The notes: generated by a model not told the origin, from the letters alone. Positions 1 through 14,189 are shown, numbered from the stretch's first letter. The stretch: 64,000 nt of DNA from Utricularia gibba (GCA_002189035.1 NEEC01000004.1:1612001-1676000), one strand, 5' to 3'. Translations and numbers: made by a program.

Positions 1-157
1 TTTCCGAAGATAGTTTTTGTCTTGAATCATTTTCTTTTCATATTTGTTTATATGCAAATTATAACCACCATAGATTCCCAGAAGCAAGCCTTTAAACAAT
101 CTATCCTAACCGATATAAGCAAAGAAAACAAGCATGCTCGTTCATACAACTACCTAC

Positions 158-3108
158 CAAAACGTCAACAGCAAGCTTCATGCTAAGAAGGAGAGTATTT
201 CCATCTGGACCCGCTATATCATTAAGCAATACTGAAGGAAATATATTAGCTCCAATATAGTACCTGATTAAAAATGGGAAACAAAAAAATAGGTCAGCAT
301 TTGCACAGGTAATATAGGCATATGATAAAATCAGTGCGTGAACATGGCAGTACCAATAAGAAGATAGTTAAAATTACCAGAAACCAAATGTTGCTGCTGA
401 CAATGCCATCACACTATACACAAAATGACCGGCAATTGAATCCGCAAGCCTTTGAATAGGTGCTTCACGTCCCTGTGCATCCTCAATCTATCATGAAAAG
501 GAATGAGAATTCATATAGGTGGCAGCCAGATTTTTGCATCCAATACTTTATGTAGTGATACAATATGATATACCATATTAACAATCTTGGATATGGTTGA
601 ATTGGAACCAGTGCAAGATGCCTCAATCCTTAAAGGACCATCCTAGAGAAATAAAAAGTACCTATTCAAAGACTTATCCAGGACAAAGTTATGCTGATGT
701 TCTCACCCAGTTAAATGTTACTGCTGAAACAGAAAGGTCTTTCACTTTGAAAACAGGAAGTGATTCACCAGTCAGCATTGATTCACAAAAAGACTTATCC
801 AGGACAATGTCATGCGAGTGTTCTTACCCAGTTAACTGTCCCTGCCGAAACAGTAAGGCCTTTCTCTTTGAAAACAGGAAGTGATTCACCAGTAAGCATT
901 GATTCATCAACCACACTTCTTCCTGCCAGAACTTTTCCCTAAATAGCATTGACCGTGTCAATAGTCTCCAGAATCACATATCCACTTTTATTATTTAATT
1001 TTAATTTTTTTTAATGAAAATGGACTACAATTGAAGCATCAGTTCTTTTTCATTAACATGACCTGGCAGGGATGTGTTCAAGCTGCAAACAGAGTTCAAA
1101 AAGAAAATGACTTACATCTACAGGTATTGTTTCTCCCGGCAGAACCAAGACTGAGTCACCAATTCGAATATTATCAGTAGAAACTTCAACACACATGGCA
1201 TCAGAGCAAAGTACACTGTCTGAACTAAATTCACTTCCAGATGGACCAACCACAAGCCTTGATTTAGTGGATAAAAGCGACTGCAGGGTAACCCAATCAA
1301 CATTTTAAGGAAATTGTCATACAAACTCAGCATGGAGTTGAAATTACCCTACATAATGGAAATAACACACATTTCGAAGAAGTTAAGCATATTTGCCTAC
1401 CACAATATTCTATCTACAAAAACCATAGAAGCTTCACATTTGCAGGCACTAATTCCTTAGATTGTGATGATGAGCAAAAATTCCCATGCTAGAAAATTCC
1501 ACAAGTAGTGAAGAACATTGAAAACTTCCAAGTTCTTTGGAGGTGCTGAAAAACTTACTAATAGCTCATTCATGTCACTGGAAGCCTGAATTCTAACTCT
1601 CTCTTCTAGTGATCTTCCAAGCAGGATAAAACCAAGAAGCATGACCTGCATGCTAGAATGACTTAATGTTATTGACCCGAGAACAAAGAACCCAATAACC
1701 AAATAAGTTTGACTGCGTAATTCATGATTATATACAGCAGCTTAAATGCCATCGATACAAAATTAATTTTGTTTCAATAAAAACAAATCAACTCATACCG
1801 GTTCATCAAAAAATACAGCATTCCATTGAAGCTCTGGATTTAGAAGGGATACCTTCATTAATAATAGCAATGTTCAATCAGAATCAATCTGAAACCAAAA
1901 ATGCGTCAAAATCAGGAATAAATGTGAGAAAATAGCATTCAGCTCACCATACTTATTGCAAATGCAGCAATAGCTCCAAAGCCAACAAGAGAATTCATGT
2001 TAGGTGAGCCGTTTCTAAATGCCTTGAGTCCATCAAAAAGCAATTCTGGTATAGAGTAACAACATTAGCTTTAGGAATATATCAATAAGCATTCAATCAT
2101 CCACTTCGTCTGGAAAAGAATCTCAGGAATAATCCTTACTGTAAGCATCAGAATCATTCATAAGAATCACTCAAAAGGATCATGGGTTCCACTGAAACAA
2201 ACCTCTTCCAGGTCCCATCAAAGAGGCTAAAGCTAAGCCACCTCTAACATATGTGTTGTGCAGAATATCCAGGATCGGTCCTGCGGAATTATTATAACAA
2301 TATCATTTCCGTATGTGGTAGAATACTTGCCAAGGTGAAACTTCACTGGATAAAAGTAGAAAAAGAGAAAATGCAATTCGATATAACTGTTCCATGAGAA
2401 TCTATCTTATTACTATTCGCATCAACCCTACCAATAAGGCGAAGGATATCGGAATGATTTCTGATGCTGCAGATACTCAGTAATACTCAAATATGGTAAC
2501 ACCACACAAAACAGTTTCTCACCATGAGCGCCATGGAAGCCAAGGGAATGCAAAATATGGGACGCGTGAGAACCACAGCAAATCGCAACCAAAGTCCAAG
2601 CAAATGCTACCCGGTTCCTGCTCCTAGCAAGTAACTCTTCCTTCTTCTCCACCTTGTCTCGCCACTTTCGCACCTTGTCCTCAATACCCATTCCCGATAC
2701 CCGACGACGCGCAACGAATCCACTCGCAGAAACCTTACCAGCCAGATCCTCCGCCACAGACGATGAATCGTATCCTAATCCTTGTTTCAGCTTAATCGCT
2801 GCGGTCTCCGTGAGGAGATTTACAACCACAGAGTCAACGCGTTCATCCGCAGAGAGAATCGACTTTATTCGCGTCACGCAAGCGCCACACATCATTCCAG
2901 ATACATCAAGCAACAAAGTGGAGGAATTAGACCTTTGTTCAGACGCTTTATCCTGCAACTGAAGGCTCAAAACTGGTTTTGCCGAAACATTGCGCAACGA
3001 ACGCGATTTCGGTGTATGCAGGGCGTGCCGCGTGAGGTGAAGGTAGCATAGGTCGTGGCGGCGGTGCAGAGGAGAGACGGAGTAACGGAGAAGACTAGTC
3101 GTCGCCAT
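158..3108 (-). CDS. PAA2: Chloroplast copper-transporting P1B-ATPase PAA2/HMA8, 5' part (continues past the left edge)
   Basis: ATG at 3108, transit-peptide-like N-terminus, HMA domain [24 protein letters not shown] exons: 3108-2523, 2280-2203, 2045-1948, 1852-1799, 1645-1559, 1280-1116, 938-828, 642-574, 487-378, 263-158. They encode [52 protein letters not shown] and EAPIQRLAD. The HMA sequence fits PAA2 better than PAA1. Confidence 0.93.
668..906. repeat. Tandem duplication (118 bp, period 121) of the 3' part of a PAA2 exon plus its 5' splice site
   Basis: 668-785 (aaagacttatccaggaca...agcattgattca) closely matches 789-906. The intronic copy reads [26 protein letters not shown]|GTGAG on the minus strand. 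Confidence 0.9.
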
Positions 3109-3719
3109 GACCAGAAAATGAGAGCCAAACTGGAGCTCATTGTGATCCTTTGAAGCTCGCTTTTGTGGTGCGGGTGTGTGACATGGAAAACTCAAATCCT
3201 ATTCCTAACCACAAAATGAGTCCACATCTTTGAATGATAAGCCAATATTTCTAAAAATATAGTAATTTTTTCCAGCTCCTTCTGGCAAACAACTATATCA
3301 TAGCTTTGAAATTTATGAAATAACTATAGGAAACAATTTGCAAATTGGGTGGTATCCTTATTTAAACAGATACCCTCTTCTATCGATAATCGATATTGCA
3401 TATTAATAATAAGTTTCGAATTTTACATTTTACTCTACTTCAATAGTTCAATATCCTCAATGAGTGCATGTTTCATGAGTCCAATATTATACCATTATAT
3501 TTGGTGATATTCTCAAATTTTGTTATATTTATATTATATTATTCGTTTTATATATCTAATTATAATAATTATATATTATTTGTTTTTAAATAAAAAGTTT
3601 AGTACAAGATCACTTAGTTTGTATATTTGAATATATCTTTCTTCTATGCGTAATCTATATAGCATACTGACATTAGAATCTAAACCTTACACAACACTTT
3701 ATAATTGATGGCTAACTAT

Positions 3720-4465
3720 GATTTGAAAGCTCTTTTCTGAATCCCTTTGCACCTAGATGCCCTCACTCGATATTGAGTCCGAGACACTCTGGTATCTGTC
3801 CATAATACTCGAACACACGTTCCTCGGAGAACCTCCCTCGGTATTCACGAAGTTGTTAGAGCTTGACGCCCATTTCGGATGAGTGTCTCTCCATCGCTCG
3901 GTACTTAGGAAGTGTACTAATGATACTATCTTTCAAACAACAAATATTTAATAAATCAGATGTTTAGTTTCAAATGAAACAATCTTTAAAAAAAAAAATT
4001 GACCCTCAAGTACATGAAAGTAATACTACTATCAAATGATATTACATTCACATAACAAGAAAGTAAATGAAATTGATAAATCATAATAAATACCACAATT
4101 AAAACTTGATAAATCTAAAATTCTATAATAAATAAATAAATGAACATAGCTCTAAAAACACATTATAATCAGAATTGTTCCTAAACAAGAGTAAAATCCT
4201 TTTTATATAAGTAGAAAAATGAGTCTAATTAAAATAAAATAATAGAAATGTGATAGAAAGTAATGACCTAAATCTACTACTCTTAATTTTCTTTGAGTAC
4301 ATTGAACTCCATGTCATACTCTTCACTAATTTGTGGATTGACCCATAATCACTTCAACAAATTTAGATTCTTTCGAGCTTTTGATCTAGTAATTGAATTA
4401 AGTGAAATTGTGGGATGAATAATGCACTTCTTTACTTCATCTTTATTATATTTATCTGTAACATC
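3720..4465 (-). mobile_element. Possible degraded LTR-retroelement remnant
   Basis: The minus strand starts TGTTAC near 4463, has a TATA-like cttatataaaa near 4200-4212, and a degenerate ...agtatca end near 3920 followed by a GC-richer tract. There is no second LTR and no intact ORF, so support is weak. Confidence 0.25.
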
Positions 4466-6592
4466 CATAATTTCATCAACTAATTTATTAATAATATTCA
4501 AAATAGATAATATCTCAATATTTTATATCCAAATCAAATTAAAGCACGTACCCCGTGGAAGAAGGGGACCATGTAGTATTTAAATGAGAAAAAATGTAAG
4601 ATCAAGAATTTTTAAAAAATAATATTAGTTACATGTGAGATAAAAAAAATATGATTAAGTAAACAAGTTTCTGGCTTTTCATCAGCCGTTGCGCTTCTTT
4701 CTAATATTGTACAATTTTTTATTATCTGAAAATAGATAACCTAAAACCGTAAAAATTAATTATATAAAACAGATAATGTCGTATAAGAGTATAAATGAAA
4801 GAGAATATTTTTAAATTATAGTAATCACATAAAATAAAGAAATTCAACAAATGATATACTAGGTTTCCATCGTATTCTCTTATTACATGTTAAAAAAAAT
4901 TTACATCTCATTATTTTATTACTCACGTCCTTATAAAATAAGTTAAATGACAACAGAATAAATTACTGACAAATTCTAATCCACTTTAAAAGCGATATTT
5001 TATTTCTTTTCAGACAACCTGGAGGAAACCCCATTCCCACCCACATGGAATCATCTTCGTGCTCCTTCGACCAAAGAAGGGCTTCTGAGCTTAGGACAAG
5101 AAGGTTCTGCGGAAACCAGAACCTTAGAACCGGGGGCGATTTTCCCTTTGTAGGATTAATTTTTATTCCTTTAAAATGGAATTTAAAGACTTGAAATTAT
5201 TTTTATAAATCCCTGGGTCTTCAAGAATGCTGATGTCTTGCTGAACAGTCAAACTCATGGGACGCACCCGAAGGCGGTGCTGCATTCATGGCGGATAACC
5301 TCCCCAATGCCAACCTCTTAAATTCTTCTCACAAATGTAGGACTCTAGTAGGCTACTCATTTTTATTAAAAAAAAATAATAAATACTAATTCCCGTTTTT
5401 TTGTTTACCAAAAATAGATATCTTATAAATATAATTATGTAATTTCTGTCAGTGCGAATGGATATTACGTCAATATTTGGTGAAATTCAATCCCATTCTC
5501 GTAAAATTGATTTCTAATATCATGTACTAAATTCTTTTCTATGAAAATTAATTTTTAAGAATACTTTTTTTGAGAAGTATGAGTTTAGAGTTTTTCATAC
5601 ATAATTATTTTTTAAAAATTGATTTTAAAAAATAAATTTGCTATTATACCCATTTATTAATGTAGACTTACAATTAATACAATTTTTAAAATAAATACTA
5701 ATTTGATAATACTACTTAAGAGTTTGATAAATTTTGATATTATATATGTGTTTCACTTAAATAAATTTGTAAAATATGTTTACTAATAAATATGAGTAAA
5801 TATTTAATTTACTATTAAATTAATTTTTTATTTTTTCCACCCCAAATATTAATTAATTATATATTAATCATTTTTTAAAAATACTTCCAAACATATATCA
5901 ATTATCATTCTTTTATAATTTTTAATTCTATTAAAATCAATTATAGATTGATTTTTTATAGTCGATGGGAAAAAAATAAGTTATTTAAGATACATTGTGT
6001 ATATAAGTTATTTTTACGAATTCATAAATTAAAATGGTGAATAGACGTCCAGCTGGAGGGGCGGAGGCAGGGCAGGGTCTCGTCGCAGCTTTCCAGAAAC
6101 GTCGAGGAGGAGGTGATTTGTTTTATTACATTTTTGTCACAGACTCGCATGCGCGGTGGGCCCACTACGGTCCTACTTCCCTGACGACAGCCCAGCCAAC
6201 GTATCTTTCACGCCTCGTAATCCCTTGGCTCGGAATCCTATGCTGCTGGTAAGAAATTATATCTGTTTCCAGTCGTCGGCTTGGCTTGGCGTTTCCACAC
6301 ACTGAATTTGAGCTTTTTATATTTTGTGTCGACAGGTTTCAGAATTTGAAAAGGGAGAGAGGAAAAAGTGCAGACTTTAAATGATGAAGCTAGAGTTTTA
6401 TTGAAATCAGGGAGATTCTCCAATTATACAGACATGTAGGCGAAACCCTAGCTCCCTACTTAGAGTTCAGAGATGACTGATGTAGAGTGGGCATCATCCT
6501 GGTTACCACCTCTCCTTCTGGGTTTTTCCTTTTTTTTTTTTTTTTGAGAACAAGAGAAGGGAGACTATGGTGGTGATGAAGATGAGAAGAGA

Positions 6593-7815
6593 TCAGACTG
6601 ACTTGATTTGACCCTTTTTAGCCGGCTGCTCATTGCCAGTAGACGCGATTTCGGCAGCCGAAAAGTTGACTTTTTGCCCGGTAATCTTCTCTAAATACGA
6701 GACAATCATCGCTTCCCTGCTCTGCGCCAATGTCTTTTCTCTGGCGCGAGCCATCGCCTCCTGCTGGAGATGCGCCATCTCTTGATTTCTCCAGTACTCT
6801 TCCCTGGCTCGTCGCTCCTCGTCCAGTCTCTCGATCATCTCAGTGAACTTATGGTGCAAGCTCTCTTGATGGTCCATCATCTGCTTCACGAAGTTGCTGA
6901 AGAACTCCGCCATTGGAGTCATCAAATGACTGCTGTAGTAGCTGCTCCCCTTCTTCTTCCTCCTCCTCTTCTTCTTCCGTGATTCTTCACACCCATGATC
7001 GAAGTCAGAGGGAATCTGGCTGCTATTGTGATTCAATTGAAGATTATCTGATTGTTGGGTGATTTTCTTCTCGCACCGGTTGTAAATGGCTTCCAGCTCC
7101 CCGAACTGAACTCTGTGATCCTTGCCGTCTAAGGAGGGGTTGCTGATTAGAGCTTGCTTCTGGTTCAGTTCCATGTGTTCTTGTCTGTCGACTATTTCAC
7201 TGTTTTCATTGGATACTTCTGCAGGAAGAGGCTCCCTACATATGGATGACAATCAATGCTGTGCACAGTGCATGAACTTATATCCAAAATCGATGAAGAA
7301 ACACAATTTCCTAAACACGTGGTTATCTACATAAATCAGATAATGAACAAAGTAATCCAGCATCAACACAATAAAGAAGGATAATTTGCAGAGAGAGGGA
7401 AAGAAAGAGAGAGAGACGAATTTGGTTACCAGAAGGGCTGTTGCTTGAGTGAGGAATCTTGCTGGTCATTCCAACAATGGAGAATTCCCAGTGAGGAGTG
7501 CCCATTTTTCTGAACCTCAAACTGCAATCCTTCTCCTCCTCTATCCTTAATTTGCTTGCTTCTGGAGCAAATCTCATTCAAACCCAGTTTAAAATTCACA
7601 GCCGGGAAGTACGGCGACGCGCCGCTGTCTGCGTAGTGGTGGTGGGGCGGAAGAAGATGATGATGGTGCTCGAGAAATAGCTGCTGGGTGGTGGGCAAAC
7701 CGTGCATTTGGTCAAGAATGTGATTCGTGTGGTTCATCGACAGCAAAATTGGAGCAGCAGCACATGTGTTATCATTTGGTTGGATCCCAGGGATTTCGAA
7801 ACCAGAATGCATCAC
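6593..7815 (-). CDS. GT-2/DF1-clade trihelix-related protein with the central coiled coil only
   Basis: Exons 7815-7430 and 7235-6593 join in frame (PFW|EPLP). The protein has a basic KKKRRRKKK patch and FFSNFVKQMMDHQESLHHKFTEMIERLDEERRAREEYWRNQE...SREAMIVSYLEKITGQ, typical of the GT-2 inter-trihelix coiled coil. Confidence 0.8.
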
Positions 7816-10575
7816 GGGAACCAGACAAACGATAACAAGGAAAAATTGTAGATCTTGAGAGGATGAACTTTTAGAAAAAAAAAAAAAAAAAACAGGTGCC
7901 GGATTTTGGTCAACAGAAACCCTAAGAATGTGGAGGTTCGCGATCCATGGGAAGCAGCAGGGAAGGAGAAGATAAAAGGGAAAGGACGAAAAGGGAAAAA
8001 GAGAAGTGCGCTGCGAAAGAGAATGCGAGGGAGTGAGAGAGAGAGGAGAAAGAAAGAGAGAGGGAATCCAAACTCAACTCGCAAGACGCCTCCCTTTTCC
8101 TTCTGCCGCCATTGTACGGCACTAGATTAAAGCCTACAATTTTTTAATAGAACGGATTCCCATTTTTATCATAATCATCGACGGTCACGATCTGCATAAT
8201 CAGGATCCGACCAATTAGGGCACAATCCTCAATTGGGCGGAGGAGCGACCCCATCCCAATCAGATAGGCCTTGCTTCTTCATCCTCTCCCCGTTCAAAAT
8301 TCGAATGCCCGTGGTGGCGCTTCTGCGCATCCTTCTCCTTCCTCGACTTCGCTCGCTCCATTAAATAGAGCCTCGCACCGGAACAGGCGTCGATCGGCGT
8401 CCGTGAGCGGAATTGCCGTCGGAGGGGTTCTGCGGCATCGGATCGGAGCGCACGGGGGTGGGCTCCTCCAGCGATGGGGGTGGCCGGTGGGGACAGATGA
8501 CAAGGGGCACGTGCGGGAGGGGACGTTTCCTGGTAATCGAGTTATTATTATTTGTGATGATAATAATACAAAAATTGATGATGGGGCATGCGGTGCACGT
8601 GAATGTGTTGGGGGTGGGGGTGGGTGTGGGGCCCCTCCCCCTTCCTGTGCTGTGTTCCCCTCTCGCTGTCGCTCGCTGCATTCAATTCAACACCATCAAG
8701 TCGCGAAGACCACGACCCCCCCTGCCCCTTCTTCCCACCCCCCCCCCCCATTCCATTCCTCTCCTCTTTATTCTCCGCCGCCCCCATCATCAGAACCCCG
8801 ATCTTAAAATACACGCACATCGGAAATTACAATAACCATCCGATTTTTTTTTTATCTATGATCAATTTTTTATACATACGATGATTCTTTAAAAAGACTT
8901 TTCTAACACTTACGGTTGAGAATTGTACCCATTGGTTCCGACCAAGCTGTGTCTGAACAATTTCTATTAAAAAAAACAAGAATTTAGAATTAATGATTAT
9001 TTTTAATAAGATATAGAGATTTAGATTCTAATTAAGTAAAGTTTTGAAAAATTTTTGAAACCTATTTTTACTTTTAGATTTTTTTTTGAAAAATAAAAAT
9101 AAAAAGTAAAAATAATCAATTTCTTATTTTTCCAAAATAACTTTTGTAGTTATAATTTTAAGAGTATTTTTTATTGAATTACTTTTACAATTAAAAATGT
9201 TCTAGAACAAAATTATTTTTATTTTTAAAAAGTAGAAATAGGTTTTAAAATTTTTTCAGAACACTACTTTAATTCTATCTTTTTAGAAAAATAGAGATTT
9301 GTTTTATTCATATTTAATAATAAAACTATTTTTTAATTTAAAAAAAAAATAGAAACTGTTTGAAACAGAATATTTATTTTATGACAATCATTTCTCAAAA
9401 AGTGTTTTCCGAAAATAGAACCAATCATGGACTACAATTATTTTGTAATTTGTTATTTATAAATGTTTAAAACCGAGCTGGGCCTTATCCAGAGAAGGAA
9501 TGGTGGGCTTAGTAAATGGATCCCTAGGCCCATTTCACATTATTGCTTTAGAGCCTGGACCAAGAACCCACAATGAAGTATCTGCTGCTCCTTGGGCCCA
9601 GCCCGGCCCCGCCAAGCCCAGCCTTGGAGAAAAGCGTTTCTCATGTGGATGGAGAAATAAACGTCGCTTACCATCATTACATCAAAAAAGCATACAATAT
9701 TCATGTTGAAAACTACATCATTACATAAGAAGTTGTGTTGTATGAGAATTGTGGAAGCGTTGATACTTGCCACAAGTAAATGATTCTATGGAGATCCGAG
9801 GGACCACTCCGGAGGAACGTGACAAGCCTGTGATCCGATTAACTTCAAAAACCAATTAATGATTTGTTGAGCTTTTTATTTTATTTTATTTATTAAAATA
9901 TATTTTAATAACACGGAAATTACTTCTTCCAAATGGATTCATTCTATGGAAAGATGGGCACCATGCTGAGTGCGGTGCACATAATAAAAGGCATGAAAAC
10001 ATGTTCATTCTTATTTTCTAATCTCGGCATCATCACGACTTGATTGTGGTCTATAAAACCCTAATTTTAATTTCCGTATGTCGTAAAAAGTTTTTTTGTA
10101 ATTTAAAGTTGTATTTCATATTATATAAAATAGAAACAGTTTTTTAATTATGTGAATGTAATCAATTTGATATTGTAAAACTGTTTTATGGAATAATATA
10201 AATTAATAAAACGAATTATATATTAAAAAACTTAATATATATTATGATATAAATGTATTTTTAGAATAGATAAAAATAAATAAATAATATAAATTTTTTA
10301 TTTAATCATCATATCATAAAATTGAAAAATAATTTCTAAATTTAATCACAGAATTTGAACTTTAAATTTTATTAAAAAACAATTAAAGAATAAAATCTTT
10401 AAAAATTAAACAAAATCAATTGAAAACATTATTGAAACATAAGAATCCCTAAAAAAAAAGTTAGGGTTTTAGCGAGGATAAATACGTACGTGATTCTGGG
10501 GATCCGTCAGAATCAGAGGTGCTGACCACACCAGATTTTGTGTTGACTGCTGGTTTCGTGGTCACAGAGATTACT

Positions 10576-10599
10576 ATCCATCCATCCATCCATCCATCC
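10576..10599. repeat. (ATCC)6 microsatellite
   Basis: Perfect tetranucleotide run read directly. Confidence 0.9.
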
Positions 10600-13500
10600 A
10601 TGGATCCTTCCTTGAGACGTGGCTTGTACTTGGAATCCCCCGACCAACTCCTCCAATCATCATTCGGTTTTGGGGGTAATTAATATGCTAATGACACCAT
10701 TAATCACTTCTAACACGCCAAGTAAATCATGGATAACAGACACATCGACAGCCTGCTACGTTGCAGTTGGGATGGATTATCTTATTCTTTGTTTGTTTCT
10801 ATTTCTCGGAAAATAAATTATAATAAAATATAAATTGGGTTTTTAACATTTACTTAAAATAAGTAATGTTCTTAAATCTGAAACAAAAGTGGTTCGTATT
10901 TGATGATATGACTATTTCAAAGTCATTTGTTCAAAACAAAATCTCTTTAGGAGGTTTTTCGTTGCAAGATTTAAAATTATCAAAAAAATGTTTTAATATT
11001 AGTACGTAAATAAAATGAAATATATTTAACTAGTGAATTATAAGTAGGATAAAGATATTTTATCTATACCAAAAAAATAGTTATATCTTCATTATTTTCA
11101 TATACATATTAATATTTACGATATAATATCAACCACCAAACACATCTTTAAAAGTATATTGTTATCATGGGTGGCGGGTGCCGCTTCCTATTGGAATTTA
11201 ATGTGACAATCACTTGGGTAATATGATGATAGAACGTGGCATTTTGCGACCCAAGATATGATGTATGTATGAATAATGAAGGGCAGCTTTCTTTCTTTCT
11301 TTCGTTCTCAAGAAGCATGGAGATGGATATCGGGGGTGGATCCGAGAAATGGGAGTATTCGGGATGGGGGAGATGGTGGGCATCTCTTTCGGGGGAGATC
11401 GGGAGAATCGGGAGGCGAGATCGGGTCAAGATTTGGTGTTGGGTCGTCGTTGTTTTCTCCACTGCCAGCTCCTTGTGAGAGCAACGAAACGAGGCCTTGT
11501 CCTAACCCCAACACACAAGCAATTATGGAGCTACTCCAGTTACACCAGTCCACATTGGAATCAAATCACTATACATTAATATCATATCCGCATTTGAAAG
11601 TAAAATAATTAAATATATAAAAAATTATATATTACTATTAATCGATAGTATTTAACTTTTTATAATGTAATTCATATTTTTTTTTATGTGTTTTAACTTC
11701 ATATATATTTTATTCAATCTATCAAATTTTTAATTTCTAACAATATCAAGCACACACAATCATCATTATTAATACTTTTTTGTGCGAAGTTAGTTCAAAC
11801 TCAAAACGAGAATCAAAACCATTATCCGTGTATTATTCTACAACAATCAATGCAAAAGGAAACTTTCAAAATGGTTGTTTTGTGTCGAGAGAATTTGTTA
11901 TTCGATTCGTTCTTTCAAAAATTTAATTTACTGTTAAAGAGTGCATGAATTGAATAAGAGAAAAACAGAGAGAATTGAAATATATATAGTAACATTTCTT
12001 CTAAAGATCATCAATGGGGGTGTTGTCCTTAATCAAAGTGGTCTTCAAAGGATGTCTTTGGACTGGGAGCAAATAAGTGATGTGCATTTTTTAAGGCCAG
12101 CGATGTCGCCATCAGGATCTTCGATTCACAAACATTCTCATGCCTGAATCCAGATAAATTATTTCTGGGACATATCCGAAAACCTGTATTTTCAAAGGGT
12201 TGACCCGATTAAAGGGTTTTCGATAACTCACAGTTTAACCGAGTATCTGATTATTGGTTAAAGTTCAAGTTTTATTTAAAAAAAAACTAAAAATCAAACG
12301 AGGAATAGTATGTTCAATGATAGAAAAATTGAATATCATGTTATTAATATTTATAATTTACTAAAAAAATTCAAAAAAATATAGTGTATTATATTAAATC
12401 TCATGTTTTATCGATCAAATCCGATTTTGATCAATCAAACCCAAGTTTCAAACAGAAGCGGGTCTAGTCAATCGGATTTTGAACCCCAATTTGAAAACAT
12501 AACTTAAACCTAAAGTTAGAAGTTTTTATGATATATTCTACCAGCGTTTCTTGTATGGTAGTTGAATATAATATAATATAAGATAAGGTTGAATCCATGA
12601 CTGGCTTGTAGTTCATTGGACAAACAAGAAACACAAACCTTTTGAAAACGGCATTCGTACGTCTAATCATGGATTTGGATAAAATTATTTTTATAATTTT
12701 AGTATATTTTAAAAAATAGAAATTATTATTTAAACCGACTGAACTCATTTGATTGTAGAACAGTGAATCCATTCAATATGTGTGTACACGTTTTATCGTT
12801 GGGGAAAAGAAAAAAGCAAAAAAGAGAGAGAAACGTGAAAATGGTGTTGGTAAGAAGCATGGGTGTGGCGGGGGTGGGGTTAAGAGGACGGCCAGTAGGC
12901 GGAGGACACGTGTAGGAGGCGACCCCCGGGTGCGTAATGGCTACATTGAATGCTTGATTTGGGGTGCGGTGGCGCACCCATTAAATGACAAGTGGGCGCC
13001 GCGCCCGGCGCCCCTATGTTATGTTGTGTGTTGTACGTACACTCTTTGATTTTAAAGAAGATCAACTGTTGGATGATTCCATTCCAGTGAGAGCAATTAA
13101 TTCCTAGCGTTTGAAACATGGAGATGAGGAGATAACAAAATCGGCCTGAAAACGAGTTATCCTCAGAAGCGTATCGGACATGACATGTCATTCAACTTGT
13201 GCTCATACGTGGCTACTACTGATTGGAGGGGTGATAAATAATTACAATCTTATTTTATTTTATGAACCCTAAAATTTAAGCTAAGTTTATAAGAATCACT
13301 CATTTCAGCTGAGTTGAAATTCTAATAAAATAATAATTGATATATATTTGAAATTATTTTTTCAAAACGATTATTATAAAATTATTTTATATTTGGAATG
13401 TTTAAAATGATAATTTATTTTAATAATTAAATGATATTTATTTATATTTATTAATAATTATATTTTATAAATTTATAATTTAAAAATTATAAAATATGAT

Positions 13501-14189
13501 ACAAATTTTTTAAAATATAATTTAAGATATTAATTTAATTAAATATATTTATATTTATATTACAATTGAAAATTTAAACTAATTAAATTATTTATAAAAA
13601 ATGATATAACGACATTTTTAATTTTAAAATCAATTCTCGAAAATTAACTGTCATAAATAAATTAGCATCTTATTGTTTTTATAGAATTGAATTAATTTTA
13701 AAAATTAATTTCCAAAGATCACGTTATTCTTCTAATTCTTCAAGTAAATGGGAATGGTTGAGTATCCTCGTACGCTACACAATGTGTTTGATTTTACGTG
13801 GAGGCGTTGGTGGTGCTAAGGGGGCCTAATCAATCCGGGAGCCCTAATTGAATAGAATTGAATTAGAGGCGAAGGTAGTTGCTTGATTGAAGAAGATATG
13901 GGGAAAGGGGAAGGGGGGGGGAGGGGAGGGGGCGGGGGTGATTGATAAGTATGCAAGTCAGAAAAGTGGCAGACAGATGCAGCTGATAATCCCCACACAC
14001 ACAAGCACAAGCACAAGCACAAGCACACGGCCCAGACTGGAGACGGGGAGGAGAGCAGAGGAGAGCTGAGGTGAGGAGGAGAACTACGATCCCTTTTTTG
14101 CCCCATCAGGATTCCTACCTGCGCCCCCCCTCCACTTCCAAATTTTAACTCCCCTCCTCTTCGTTTCGTTTCGGCGGTTTCCGGTCACC

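Noticed and set aside
3131-3157. miR393-like string in the PAA2 5' leader (minus strand TTCAAAGGATCACAATGAGC)
   Set aside because: Several mismatches and an indel versus miR393, and no extended hairpin.
5077-5087. AAGGGCTTCTG matching the 3' half of miR477
   Set aside because: Only 11 nt match, the 5' half is absent and no star arm was seen.
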